DNA of 64,000 bases from an uncultured delta proteobacterium. GTDB taxonomy: Bacteria; Desulfobacterota; Desulfomonilia; UBA1062. The notes beneath the pieces are model-generated. The model was not told where the DNA came from. It worked only from the letters and a program-made list of their open reading frames with translations, and did no database searches. Positions 40,523 to 51,286 of this stretch are shown here, one piece after another. Location: assembly GCA_963798485.1 (NCBI GenBank), contig CAWCTR010000014.1, positions 128,001-192,000 on the forward strand, read 5' to 3'. A program made the position numbers and the translations under genes. Every line of letters starts with the position of its first letter. Position 1 is the stretch's first letter.

Positions 40523-42077
40523 TATTTTCTCCTTTCACATAGTAGGATTTGCCACGGATGTTCTCGTGGGTTATGGGTGATGACGGCCTATCGGGAGGCA
40601 ACTCTTTGCCGTCCAGATTGTTCTCAAGGATCGACTTGACGCTTCTATACGAATAGGCCTTCATGAGAAGAGCCCTGGTGCATGCGGCCTCAAGTCTCTT
40701 CTGTCCGTAAGGCTTTTCCAGACGGATGATGCCGAGGCATGACCTGAAGCCTTGCTCGGGGTGGGATTTGCTCTCCATTATCTCTTTCAAAAGCAATCCT
40801 GTAGAGGGTCCTGTCTTCTCCGCCCATCTGATGATACGGGAAGGAGTCCATTCGAGATAGCGCTTATGGGACTCGGGCATATGATCGGTGACGGTGGTGT
40901 GCCTGGAGGGTTCATAGCTCCTTGCATGGGAGGCCACCCTCTTGCCTTTGAAGAAGATCTCCACGGTCCTGGCCGTGATCCTCGCAGTTACCACCTGGCC
41001 TTTCAGTTGATAGGGGACGCTGTAGTAGTGGCGTCTTATTTCGACGTGGTAGTCGATGTTCACCCTAGGCTTCTCCCACTCGGCATACTCATAGCGATCC
41101 TGAGGCAGGGGTTTCATGGCAGGCCGGTCAATGGTCTCGAAAAGCTCTTTTCGTGGGACCTTCATCTTCTGCAGGGGCCGGTTGTTCAACTCTGCTACTT
41201 TATCACGGATGGCCTTGTTCAGTTCTTCGATACTGAAGAAGGTATGGTTCCTTAAGGATGCGATGATCCAGCGCTCGGCAATGAGCACGGCCGATTCCAC
41301 CTTGGCTTTGTCTCTTGGTTTCGCCACCCGTGCGGGGATTATGGTCGTGCCATAGTGCGTCGCCATTTCCTGGTAGGTGGGATTGATCTCCGGTTCGTAC
41401 CGGCAGGGACGGCTTACGCCGGCTTTCAGGTTATCCGGGACCGTGATCAGGGGAACCGCACCCAGGAACTGGAACGTATGTACATGCAGGCTGATCCAGG
41501 CGTAGAGGTCCTGGGAGAGCGACGCCTGTGCATACGTGTAGTTGCTGGCGCCCATGGTCGCCACAAAGAGATAGGCCGGGCTGATGGCGCCGGTCATCTC
41601 ATCGTGGATGGGGATCGTATCGCCGGCAAAGTCGACAAACAGCTTTTCACCGGCTTTGTAGTCCTGTCTCAGCGAGACATCCAGGGTTTTTGCCCATTCC
41701 CGGTAGCGCTGGCAGAACTGGCTGTATTGGTAGCCTTCAGGGTTGTTCTCACGATACTCATGCCAGAGCAGCTGCAGGGTGGTATGCTTTTTCTTGAGCT
41801 CCTTGTACAGATAATCGTAGGAAGGCATGTTCCTTCCCTGGACCTCAAGGGATGCGCTGCGGGGGAAGAGCAGGTTCTCAAGCGCCGTATCGTCCAGGTC
41901 ATCGGACAAGGGCCAGGACAGGCCGGCCTTCCTGGCCCTGTCCAGATACTCCCTGGCCGCGGTACGGCCAATGCTACAGCTTTCAGCTGCCTGCCTGGCT
42001 GATATCCCGCCACCTAAGCACAGGCGCAGTACTTCTTTGATCTTCCGCATGGATAACCTCACATTCGCCATAACCAC
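40512..42077 (-). CDS. istA: IS21 transposase IstA
   Basis: N-terminal HTH, FVDFAG, VPDNLK, PRDKAKVE, YYSVPY. Confidence 0.95.
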   Translation of the reverse strand: MVMANVRLSMRKIKEVLRLCLGGGISARQAAESCSIGRTAAREYLDRARKAGLSWPLSDDLDDTALENLLFPRSASLEVQGRNMPSYDYLYKELKKKHTTLQLLWHEYRENNPEGYQYSQFCQRYREWAKTLDVSLRQDYKAGEKLFVDFAGDTIPIHDEMTGAISPAYLFVATMGASNYTYAQASLSQDLYAWISLHVHTFQFLGAVPLITVPDNLKAGVSRPCRYEPEINPTYQEMATHYGTTIIPARVAKPRDKAKVESAVLIAERWIIASLRNHTFFSIEELNKAIRDKVAELNNRPLQKMKVPRKELFETIDRPAMKPLPQDRYEYAEWEKPRVNIDYHVEIRRHYYSVPYQLKGQVVTARITARTVEIFFKGKRVASHARSYEPSRHTTVTDHMPESHKRYLEWTPSRIIRWAEKTGPSTGLLLKEIMESKSHPEQGFRSCLGIIRLEKPYGQKRLEAACTRALLMKAYSYRSVKSILENNLDGKELPPDRPSSPITHENIRGKSYYVKGENNAQ

Positions 42078-42453
42078 TCCCGATCGTTTTGCTCAGGGAT
42101 GTAGCATGGCTGTCCCTATGATTTATCCAGCGTTGTCTCAGGCTCCTACAGGTGGCCGCTTTCATCGGAACACTGGCCGTTTTGAATCATATTCACTGGC
42201 CGCTTTGCGTCATAATGGTGGCCGCTTTGGATCGGAATACGCAGATGCATTAAGGCTTTCTCAATCGTGATGTAACGATGATATATGGATTGTATATGTA
42301 TAGTAAAGAAGCATGATGGCTATCGCCTAAACCCCTATTCCTCAAGTATGAAATTGTATCCCGAAGATAGTTACATCTTGAAGTAGAGCTATGCTGAGTA
42401 GGCGAAATGCTCGAAGAGGGTATGTGGATATTCTTTGGTTAGGTTTCAAGATA

Positions 42454-42969
42454 TTACATAGTTTCACCAATGGCTCGACGTACCCTCTCAGTAATATCAA
42501 TACCACCATTGAAATTTCGATAAATCGTCGATATTGTCCATACAGGCCCCCATGGCACTCCCCACCACCCCAAGAATAGTGAGAACAGAGAATATTTCAT
42601 TCCTCGATTCCATAAAGTTTCACCAAATTTGACGAAGAAAGCCGGGGAATTTCGTTTATGTGAGAAATAGAAATACGAAAAACAATACTGAAAGACGATT
42701 ATTCGAGTTCCTGCCTGCAATTGAGCCAGAATTTGCTGCCTTGGGATATCTGGAAATTTAACTTGATTTTGTAATTCCTTCCATGTCACATCTCTTTCAT
42801 AGATTATGATGTCCTTTGGTTGTATCTCTATCTTTCGTTGCTTGAGTACAACCAACAATGCTTGTTGGGCTTCTGGTATCAGGCTATTGATCTCAGTACC
42901 TAATTTTGCCAGTTCTTTATCCGACACTTTCTGGTATGTCATTTCCCAATCTTGCATAACAATCCTCAA
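42454..42969 (-). CDS. Hypothetical membrane protein
   Basis: FQYCFS ... GWWGVPWGPVWTI ... NFNGGIDIT motif-rich C-terminus. Confidence 0.65.
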   Translation of the reverse strand: MRIVMQDWEMTYQKVSDKELAKLGTEINSLIPEAQQALLVVLKQRKIEIQPKDIIIYERDVTWKELQNQVKFPDIPRQQILAQLQAGTRIIVFQYCFSYFYFSHKRNSPAFFVKFGETLWNRGMKYSLFSLFLGWWGVPWGPVWTISTIYRNFNGGIDITERVRRAIGETM

Positions 42970-43143
42970 CTAATCTTGAAAAAGATCGCAAATCTATTGT
43001 AATGAGACAGCGATTTCACTACTATATTTCTCTGATATAATCCAGTCATACTAATCTTATGCCCTTCTTTAAAATTCAATTAGATTCCTTCATGTGTTAA
43101 ATTGTACATCCCAAAAACACCTACATCTTAAGAGAGGCGCACC

Positions 43144-43692
43144 ATGAAATACATTGCACCCAGAGTCATTCTCCTTGCCTGCTGTCTGATTATCTCGCTC
43201 ATACCTCTATCGGCCCATGCTGAGCAGTTCAAGGCAATCGGCACTATAGATGCCTACTTCTCCCCTCGTGGTGGTGCTACAGAAGCCATTGTGCAAGAGA
43301 TCAACGGGGCAAAGTCAGAGATACTTGTGCAAGCATATTCCTTCACCAGCAAGCCTATTGCCAAGGCACTCGTTGATGCACACAAGAGAGGTATCAAAAT
43401 AGAGGTGATCCTGGATAGAAGCCAACAATCTCAGAAGTATTCATCTGCTGACTTTGTAGCCCATGCTGGAATACCAACTTACATAGACTCTGCCCATGCG
43501 ATTGCTCATAACAAGATCATGGTGATAGACCGGAATACCTTGATCACGGGGTCATTCAACTTCACCAAGGCAGCAGAGGAGAACAATGCAGAGAATCTAC
43601 TGATCATGAAAGGTAACAGGCCTTTGGTGGACAGGTACATACAGAACTTCAATGAACACAAGGGGCATTCAGAGAGGTGTTTTGGTAGATAA
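43144..43692 (+). CDS. Phospholipase D-family nuclease (Nuc-like), secreted
   Basis: YFSP, AYSFT, HNKIMVID (HKD), TGSFNFT, NAEN; signal peptide. Confidence 0.92.
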   Translation: MKYIAPRVILLACCLIISLIPLSAHAEQFKAIGTIDAYFSPRGGATEAIVQEINGAKSEILVQAYSFTSKPIAKALVDAHKRGIKIEVILDRSQQSQKYSSADFVAHAGIPTYIDSAHAIAHNKIMVIDRNTLITGSFNFTKAAEENNAENLLIMKGNRPLVDRYIQNFNEHKGHSERCFGR

Positions 43693-43752
43693 GATCTCAG
43701 GTGATAGCAAGAACTAAAGACTTTTTCTGAACGATATTAACTGGTACAGTGG

Positions 43753-44319
43753 GTGCTAAGTGTAAAATATGTGCACAATAGTTATGCATTGAAAGGGGCG
43801 GCTGTTATGCAAAATAGAGTCATCTTAACATTTGGAATAATTTGCTTTTTGCTAATAGCCTTGACATTTTCAAATGCTAATGCTCAAACCAAGAAATTAT
43901 TACCCATCGGAATTTCATACGATCAGATAATGAGATATCTCGGCCAGAACTTCCCTATGGTTAAATTAGATGATGTTCGTGGTCTACCTTGTTACAGTGG
44001 AACTACATCAGATAATCATGCGTCCTTGGAAATAATAGGGGATAGGAATGATGTCTCAAAAGCATCACTTTCTATCGGTCTTCCGGATGATGCTCATGTT
44101 AGACTTGAAAACCTAGGCAAGATGATGAGGTTTATAAAGAATGTTGCACCTGAATTGGAGGATGATTCTGATTCAGACTGGTTTGGAAATGCTTTCGAGC
44201 GTGTGATTTCAACGGGTAAGAAAGAGCAAATAGTCATAGGAAACAAGTTATTAGAAATGAATTTGATGAGAGAAATTCGTATGCTCACTGTTACAATCAA
44301 GCACAAGGATTCAATTTAA
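43753..44319 (+). CDS. Hypothetical exported protein
   Basis: Signal peptide from MQNRV (likely start 43807). Confidence 0.6.
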   Translation: MLSVKYVHNSYALKGAAVMQNRVILTFGIICFLLIALTFSNANAQTKKLLPIGISYDQIMRYLGQNFPMVKLDDVRGLPCYSGTTSDNHASLEIIGDRNDVSKASLSIGLPDDAHVRLENLGKMMRFIKNVAPELEDDSDSDWFGNAFERVISTGKKEQIVIGNKLLEMNLMREIRMLTVTIKHKDSI

Positions 44320-44471
44320 TTCATGAACATCTTGCAAAGAGATCTATGGTGGTTGGTGATATTCAGGAAATAGAACAACGAGATGGTCAGCTAAACGTGG
44401 ATCATTCCAGCTTAATATGATATGAGTATATCAGTGTCATGACATTTCATCTGTGAGTCACCAAATTAAAT

Positions 44472-44723
44472 ATGGTCAATAGAGGAGGACAAATGAAAGT
44501 CATCAGAATGGTTTTGGTAGCACTCATAATGTTCACTCTCCTTGGCTCAGCCGTCAACCTTAATCGGTTGGACTCCAACGATAGGCCTACGGGCATCCTT
44601 TGCTTTAAAACAGGAGAGCAGATATCAGGCATGAACAAGATTTGTTATTACAACTGCGCTGGTAGCGAAGCGGCAATAACTGTGGGTGCGGCTGAGTTGT
44701 GCCCGTTGTCCATCGAAAGATAG
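44472..44723 (+). CDS. Small secreted Cys-rich protein
   Basis: SD GGAGGA before MKVIR; CFKTGE...NKICYYNC...CPLSI. Confidence 0.6.
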   Translation: MVNRGGQMKVIRMVLVALIMFTLLGSAVNLNRLDSNDRPTGILCFKTGEQISGMNKICYYNCAGSEAAITVGAAELCPLSIER

Positions 44724-44778
44724 GAACACTTCCGTACTATGGATACAGCTTTCTGCGCTGGGTAACTGGTTCTTTCTG

Positions 44779-45006
44779 CTATGTTGTAGAACACTTCTGC
44801 CCGTTTAGGTAGGACTCTAGCAACCTAAACGCATCATCTCTGTCATGTATGCGAACCATATTCCAATTACCCTTCTCGCTTTCGGCATAGCTCTGTGCCA
44901 TAGATAGATCATCGAAATCCTTGGTCCCAATACCCGCTCTTTGTGGCGCATGGTCTGTCAATGGTGTTAGGGGTAGATTCGCTAAGTGAACCAGATATCT
45001 CTTCAT
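44779..45006 (-). CDS. Hypothetical protein
   Basis: 75-aa ORF with SD-like AGGA; no recognisable motif. Confidence 0.45.
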   Translation of the reverse strand: MKRYLVHLANLPLTPLTDHAPQRAGIGTKDFDDLSMAQSYAESEKGNWNMVRIHDRDDAFRLLESYLNGQKCSTT

Positions 45007-45054
45007 GGGAAAATTTCCTATGTTTATCGCCGCAGGTTAGTAACAAAGACCAGT

Positions 45055-45519
45055 TTATTCTTTCAACCGATATAGTCCCATGGTTTTATTACTCGGTGTT
45101 ATATCTGTTCCATCTCCCCATGTAATATTAAGTGATGTCGTATCAAGGAATACTATCTCGACAATATCAGATAACATTTCGGCAGCATCAGACACTACAT
45201 TTGTAGGCCCATAATATTTCCCTCCACCTAGTCCTGGGTTGCCTCGCTCATTGATAAGTCTATCTCTTGTTGCCAATGGTAATAGTTCAAGTATTTGATA
45301 AGCGGTCAGATATGAGCGACCACGCCCATTAGTGTTGATCCGCATACTTGTCAAAACATTATTTACTTCTTCCGTAATATTACTTGGCTTGAGTTTATCG
45401 GTAGGCGTAGACATCTGAATTACTCCTAATTCATATGATTTTATGGTAGTTTTCATATCATGGAGGAAATCAAGGTGTAAGAAGATTAATATCACACTTA
45501 CATGAAACAATCCATTCAA
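45055..45519 (-). CDS. Hypothetical protein
   Basis: Likely starts at MSTPT after AGGAG; globular-looking, function unknown. Confidence 0.55.
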   Translation of the reverse strand: MNGLFHVSVILIFLHLDFLHDMKTTIKSYELGVIQMSTPTDKLKPSNITEEVNNVLTSMRINTNGRGRSYLTAYQILELLPLATRDRLINERGNPGLGGGKYYGPTNVVSDAAEMLSDIVEIVFLDTTSLNITWGDGTDITPSNKTMGLYRLKE

Positions 45520-45808
45520 TTGATAGAACTGAGGAGGAATTAAGATAGAGGTGATCTTGGATAGATGTCAGCCGTCTCAGAGGTACTCTTCTGCGGACTA
45601 TATGCCCACAGACTATGATACCCATTTTGAAAAACCCAGTAATAGAATCAGTCTGCTTGCAAGATGCAAGGTTGTGCTACCATCATCCCACTACTCAACG
45701 ATCTTCTGTCCCATTGCAAAATTACAATCATTGCCTCTCTGCTGTCCTCCTGCTATAATTTCTGCGGTACAAGAGATAACACGCTATACGTTGGTGCATG
45801 AGAATAAG

Positions 45809-46696
45809 ATGAGAATTGATCCTATGCTGCCCACCACAAGGCGGGGAAAAGTACCATGGGAATGGGTTCCTCTTGATTTTCCCGGATTTGTACAAGAGCT
45901 TTTGCAAGTTGTCTCCCACAATAAAGACATTAACCATCTTGCCCTTTATCGTGGCCATAGAGAAAGAGACTGGTTGCTTGATTGCACGTTTGTCCGTTAC
46001 GTGAAGGAACATATCCTAGGGATTGACCCCACCTTGATCCTGAAGCGTGATTATAGACTTTCTACCTCCTATCAACGTTTGATGGGGGAGCTCTTTCTGT
46101 ATAAATTCGGAACTAGCACCGGTCCCCATGCTGATCTGCTCAAGGTAGCAGAGAAAGAGAACATCGATCCTTGGTTTGAGTATATGAAGAACATTCAGCA
46201 ATACCCCAATAAAGACCTCGGTACTCTAAGGGGGTCTTTCTTGGTTGATTGGACACAACTGCCAGAAGTCGCCACTTACTTTGCAAATGACGGTAGGAGA
46301 CTCGATTCAGAAGGGGCTGTTTGGGTAGCTGACATGTCTGCAATGGGTGCTGTACTGCACCAAGATATGCAGGTTATCGAAATTCTACGTCTTTTTGAAG
46401 ATACTTTACGCGCGGACAAGTCAATGGGTATTCCACTAATCTTCTGTCCCAGAAATCAGATTGCATGCGTACGGGCAAGGAACCAAGACGCTATCTATGT
46501 TGCTCAAATGGATTTACGATGTGACTTGGCAGAAGTTTGGAATAAGTTGAATAAGGAGCGCAAGGACACCGAGACTGTCGTCCTGAAATTGATTCTTCCA
46601 AAGGGAACCGCTGAGGAGTGCACCGGATGGCTTGACGCAAAAGGCATCCACGAAGCATTTATCTATCCTGACAGAGAAGATGGAGGCACCAGCTAA
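45809..46696 (+). CDS. FRG domain protein
   Basis: LYRGH...W.L, QQY, FLVDWT..PEVATYFA, R.RNQ, GI....IYPD; ORF track extends to 45551. Confidence 0.8.
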   Translation: MRIDPMLPTTRRGKVPWEWVPLDFPGFVQELLQVVSHNKDINHLALYRGHRERDWLLDCTFVRYVKEHILGIDPTLILKRDYRLSTSYQRLMGELFLYKFGTSTGPHADLLKVAEKENIDPWFEYMKNIQQYPNKDLGTLRGSFLVDWTQLPEVATYFANDGRRLDSEGAVWVADMSAMGAVLHQDMQVIEILRLFEDTLRADKSMGIPLIFCPRNQIACVRARNQDAIYVAQMDLRCDLAEVWNKLNKERKDTETVVLKLILPKGTAEECTGWLDAKGIHEAFIYPDREDGGTS

Positions 46697-47098
46697 GTTT
46701 TGCAGGCGGATTGCCTCCGCTTTTGGCTTTCCTTCGACCGCCTAGACTATTGGAATAGCTCTGGGTATGCTGAGGGGTTAGATATTTGACCTGGATTTTT
46801 TTGAAATTTGAGTAGACTTCAGACGGGCAGACACACACATAGGGATACGTAGAAAGGAAATCTCCACTACCATCCCTTTCTACAGCGGGTACCCGGTGGG
46901 GGGTCAATCTGAGGGCCAGGAATCCTAGGAATTCCATTCTGTCTGTACGTTCTTCCCTCTTGGCAAGAGTATCATGCCAGTCCTTACGAGCCTATATTCA
47001 TCTTGTATCGTGCCTGTAGTGAGCATTCATAGTTGTAACCCTATCAAGTATACCATCCCGTTGATCACGAAGCTCCACGACCATATTTCATGATGTGA

Positions 47099-47254
47099 TT
47101 ACTTCTTGGAATGAGGTTCATGCTTCTTCAGGTAATCCCTTAGAGCATCTTCGATCATGTCATTGAGCTTCTGCTCCATGTCTACTGCCAAGTGCTTCAG
47201 CCTCTTAAGAAGGTCTCTGTCAAGCTTGGTACTGAATACGATCCGTTCAGCCAT
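47099..47254 (-). CDS. Ribbon-helix-helix DNA-binding protein (below ORF-track cut-off)
   Basis: MAERIVFSTKLDRDLLKRLKHLAVDMEQKLNDMIEDALRDYLKKH; SD AGGA. Confidence 0.8.
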   Translation of the reverse strand: MAERIVFSTKLDRDLLKRLKHLAVDMEQKLNDMIEDALRDYLKKHEPHSKK

Positions 47255-47668
47255 GCTTATCATCCTTTCCATCATGTAATCTATAAGGCAAAAAAATGCC
47301 CCTGCCTTGCCCGTGGTGACGCTTGGGTATGGCAGGTGTTATCCCAGTATCCCTTCCCACAAGAATACAACGTGGACATCTATACGTCAAGATCTTCGAT
47401 TGACTTTCTGTCATTATTGCTGTATATCTTGATATCATGATTATGAACGATAACGATCAATTATCCAACGTAAAAAGAGAGGGTACATCATGGAAGAAAA
47501 CATGCTGATGGAAAGGCAGAGAACAACGATTTCATGTGAAGTTGCATCAAGGTGCGTATTCCGATGAAAGCGCCCACTTATTCCGATTCAAAGTGCCCAC
47601 CTAATATGATGAAAGCGCCCACCATAATCGGAGCCGTCAGGCGACGCTGGTTTTAATTTTCATTACTC

Positions 47669-48421
47669 TTATTTTTCCTCCTGAGTAAACGTTGTTTTTT
47701 TCTTTCGCATGGAATCTTTGCCTGTCAGACGAATCCTGTGGGCATTGTGCACGAGTCTGTCAAGCAGGGCGTCGGCGATGGTCGGGTCTCCTATGGTCTC
47801 ATGCCAATGCTCCACGGGGAGCTGGCTCGTAACGATGGTGGAAGCCGTTTCATGCCGGTCATCAATCACGTCCAGGAGATCCCTCCTTTCCGGGTCGGTG
47901 AGCGCGGCCAGACCGAAGTCATCAAGGATGAGAACTGGCACTTTTGCCAGCTTTGCGGCGGTCTTGGCATAGCTCCCATCAGCCTTCGCGATTGCCAGGC
48001 TGTAGTAGAGATTCGAGCACTTCACATAGAAAGCCCCAAATCCTTCCCTACAGCCCTTCTGTGCCAGCGCGCAGGCAAGGTGGGTCTTGCCCGTGCCGGT
48101 GGGGCCGGTAATGATTATGTTGCGGCGTCTTTTTATCCATTCGCAGGAGCCAAGACTCATCATGACCGATTTATCCAGGCCCCTGGGCGTCCGGTAATCA
48201 ATATCCTCCAGAGAGGCTGCGAGCTTCAGCTTGGCGCTTTTCAGGAGGCGCTTCATCCTTTTATTTTCCTGGTAAAGATACTGGGCATCGACCAGCATGG
48301 CGAAACGCTCTTCGAAACTAAGCCCTTCCATGTCGGCCCTTTTCATCTGCTCCTTCATCCCTTCCGCCATGCCGACAAGCCTCAGGGCATAAAGTCTTTC
48401 CAGTGTCTGTTCAGTAAGCAT
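47669..48421 (-). CDS. istB: IS21 helper ATPase IstB
   Basis: GPTGTGKT, LILDDFG, DALLDRLVH. Confidence 0.95.
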   Translation of the reverse strand: MLTEQTLERLYALRLVGMAEGMKEQMKRADMEGLSFEERFAMLVDAQYLYQENKRMKRLLKSAKLKLAASLEDIDYRTPRGLDKSVMMSLGSCEWIKRRRNIIITGPTGTGKTHLACALAQKGCREGFGAFYVKCSNLYYSLAIAKADGSYAKTAAKLAKVPVLILDDFGLAALTDPERRDLLDVIDDRHETASTIVTSQLPVEHWHETIGDPTIADALLDRLVHNAHRIRLTGKDSMRKKKTTFTQEEK

Positions 48422-49976
48422 TATCTTCTCCTTTCGTATAGTATTGGTTGCCGCGGATGTTCTCGTGCACGACGGGAGTTGCCGGTCTTTCGGGAGGCAG
48501 TTCCAGGCCGTCCAGCTTTTTCTCGAGAATCGATTTGACGCTCTTGTACGAGTAGGCCTTCATGAGCAGGGCTCGTGCGCACGCAGCCTCAAGCCGGTCT
48601 TCTCCGTAATGCTTTTCCAACCTGATGATACCCAGGCATGACCGGAAGCCTTGCTCGGGATGGGTCTTTCTCTCCATGATCTCCTTTGCGAGCGCCCCTG
48701 TCGAAGGCCCAGTCTTTTCCGCCCATCCGATGATGCGTGAAGGGGTCCAGGCAACATAGCGCCGGTGAGACTCGGGCATATGCTCTGGGAGTGTCGTGTG
48801 CTTGAAGGGGACATACCCCTTTACATGGGCGGCCACCCGCTTGCCCTTGAAGAAGATTTCCACGGTTCTTGCGGTGATGCGGGCATCGACCAGTTCGCCC
48901 TTCAGCTGGTAAGGGACGCTGTAGTAATGGCGTTTCACCTCAACATGGTAGTCGATATTCACCCGGTGCTTTTCCCACTCGGCGTACTCGTAGAAACTCT
49001 CCGGTAGAGGCTTCATGGCTGGTTTATCAATGCTTTCGAAGAGCTCTTTTCTTGAGACCTTCATCTTCTGCAGGGGACGGTTGTTGAACTCCACGAGTTT
49101 CTCTCGGATGGCCTTGTTCAGTTCCTCTATGCTGAAGAATGTGTGGTTTCTCAAGGCAGCAATGATCCAGCGCTCGGCGATAAGCACGGCCGACTCCACC
49201 TTGGCCTTGTCGCGAGGTTTTCCGGCTCTGGCGGGGATGATGGTGGTGCCATAATGCGCCGCCATATCCTGGTAGGTGGGGTTGAGATCCGGTTCATACC
49301 GGCAGGGACGGGTGACGCCGGCCTTGAGGTTGTCCGGGACCGTGATCATGGGAACAGCGCCCAGGAATTGGAAGGCTTTGACGTGCAGACTGATCCAGGA
49401 GTAGAGGTCCTGGGAAAGCACCGCCTGTGCATAGGTGTAATTGCTGGCTCCCATGGTCGCGACAAAAAGATAGGCTGGGGTAATGGCGCCGGTCATTTCA
49501 TCGTGGATCGGGATCGTGTCGCCGGCGAAGTCGACAAAAAGCTTCTCACCCGCCTTGTAGTCTTGCCTCAGCGATACATCCAGCGTCTTAACCCAGGCCC
49601 GGTAGCGCAGGCAGAACTGGCTGTATTGGTAGCCGTCCGGGTTGTTATCCCGGTATTCATGCCAGAGGAGCTGCAGGGTCACATGCTTTTTCTTGAGCTC
49701 CGTATGAAGATAATCGAAGGAAGGCATGTTCCTTCTCTGGGCCGAGAGTGGCACGGTGGAGGGGAACAGCAGGTTCTCAAGCGATGTCTCGTCCAGTTCA
49801 TCGGGCAAGGGCCAGGATAGACCAGCTTTCCTTGCCCTTTCCAGGTACTCCCTGATCGTGGTGCGGCCAATCCCACAACTTTGTGACGCATGCCTGGGCG
49901 ACATCCCGCCACCCAGACATAAACTTAGTATTTCTTTGATCTTCCGCATGGATAACCTCACATTCGCCATCACCAC
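48411..49976 (-). CDS. istA: IS21 transposase IstA
   Basis: Same length and motifs as 40512..42077. Confidence 0.95.
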   Translation of the reverse strand: MVMANVRLSMRKIKEILSLCLGGGMSPRHASQSCGIGRTTIREYLERARKAGLSWPLPDELDETSLENLLFPSTVPLSAQRRNMPSFDYLHTELKKKHVTLQLLWHEYRDNNPDGYQYSQFCLRYRAWVKTLDVSLRQDYKAGEKLFVDFAGDTIPIHDEMTGAITPAYLFVATMGASNYTYAQAVLSQDLYSWISLHVKAFQFLGAVPMITVPDNLKAGVTRPCRYEPDLNPTYQDMAAHYGTTIIPARAGKPRDKAKVESAVLIAERWIIAALRNHTFFSIEELNKAIREKLVEFNNRPLQKMKVSRKELFESIDKPAMKPLPESFYEYAEWEKHRVNIDYHVEVKRHYYSVPYQLKGELVDARITARTVEIFFKGKRVAAHVKGYVPFKHTTLPEHMPESHRRYVAWTPSRIIGWAEKTGPSTGALAKEIMERKTHPEQGFRSCLGIIRLEKHYGEDRLEAACARALLMKAYSYKSVKSILEKKLDGLELPPERPATPVVHENIRGNQYYTKGEDNAY

Positions 49977-51127
49977 TCCTTGCCGTTTTGGCTAGGCATG
50001 TAGCATGGCTCTTCATGGAATTTATCCAGCGTCGCATGAGACCCTTTTAGGTGGGCGCTTTCGTCATAACAAGTGGGCGCTTTGGATCATATTCACTGGG
50101 CGTCTTGAATCATATTCGGTGGGCGCTTTGGTCCGGAATACGCAAGGGTCAAGACCATCCTGGATGAAGGTACAGCAGATAACACCCGGAAGGCTTACAA
50201 GTCAGACATCATGTACTTTACAGCATGGTCAAGAGCGGCAGCAGGGTTCGAGATGGAATACCCTGTCCCGCTTGGCCTACTTGTGCAATTCATCACGGAT
50301 CATCTGTACGGCATGAGTGAGGCCCTTGACATGCAGCTTGTATCCATCGGCATCAAAGCAAAGACGGGAACACACAGCCTTAACACTATCTGTAGACGCA
50401 TAGCTTCTCTATCAGCAGCGCATGAAGCCATGAAGGTACACAATCCTTGCAGAGAGAAGGAAGTCTCCACCCTGCTGTCAAAAGCTCGTAAGGCAGCAGT
50501 GAAGAGAGGACAGACCCCTCGCAAGGTCAAGGCCCTTACACGTGATCTCCTGGAGGCCATTGTCCCCATGCAGACTAGTTCCCTGATTGACATACGAGAT
50601 AAAGCCCTTCTCCTGTTTGCGTTCGGCTCTGGAGGTCGCAGACGATCTGAGGTTGCACATGCAAGGGCTGAACATCTCACCAGTGTGGAAGGTGGTTACG
50701 TCTACCACATGCTGCACTCGAAGACAGACCAGGAAGGCCAGGGCTTGGACTTGCCTGTACTTGGACGGGCAGGAATCGCTCTTGAAGCATGGCTCAAGGC
50801 AAGTGGGATCTATGAGGGCTACATATTCAGGAGCATAACCAAAGGCCACAAGATAGGAACGAGCCTTACTGACATGACCGTCACAAGGATCGTAAAGAGA
50901 CGTGCTGAACTGGCTGGGCTTGATGCTTCGATGTTTGCAGCCCATTCCCTGAGAAGTGGCTTTGTCACGGAAGCAGGAAGGCAAGGCAAGTCCTTGGGTG
51001 ATACCATGGCACTAAGCGGTCATAAGACAGTAAGGGTTTGTCTGGGCTATTATCAATCGGGTTCAGTAGTGCGCAACCCAGCAGCTAACCTACTGGATTA
51101 AATAAAAACCACACAAAGGAGAATGTT

Positions 51128-51286
51128 ATGGAAAAGGGCATCACATTGACGACTAAGCAGGGTGCAGTATTATTGGATCTTCTTCAAGACCACAAGGATG
51201 ATATGGAGTTGCAGTGCTGCGAGGGAACAGAGAGATACACGAACCTTGTCACCTTGATTGATCACATCGAGAATGGCATCAACTGA
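51128..51286 (+). CDS. Small hypothetical protein (52 aa)
   Basis: SD AAGGAG; MEKGITLTTKQGAVLLDLLQDH...; followed by a terminator-like hairpin. Confidence 0.5.
   Translation: MEKGITLTTKQGAVLLDLLQDHKDDMELQCCEGTERYTNLVTLIDHIENGIN

Larger units (their letters stand above)
39658..42243 (-). mobile_element. IS21-family insertion sequence (copy 1)
   Basis: Ends GTGAATTCCGG / TCGGAATACGCA, multiple AAAGCGGCCAC end repeats, GATG(C) duplication on both flanks. Confidence 0.9.
47553..50144 (-). mobile_element. IS21-family insertion sequence (copy 2, related but not identical to copy 1)
   Basis: IR TGCGTATTCCG at both ends, AAAGCGCCCAC end repeats, short AGG duplication. Confidence 0.92.
47490..51101 (+). 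pseudogene. Tyrosine recombinase (TnpS/Cre-like) split by IS21 copy 2
   Basis: 47490-47552 joins in frame to 50148 onward (…VASR|VKTILDEGTADNTRKAY…); RD.ALL…GGRRRSE, SKTDQ, AHSLRSG, SGH, YY. Confidence 0.85.
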
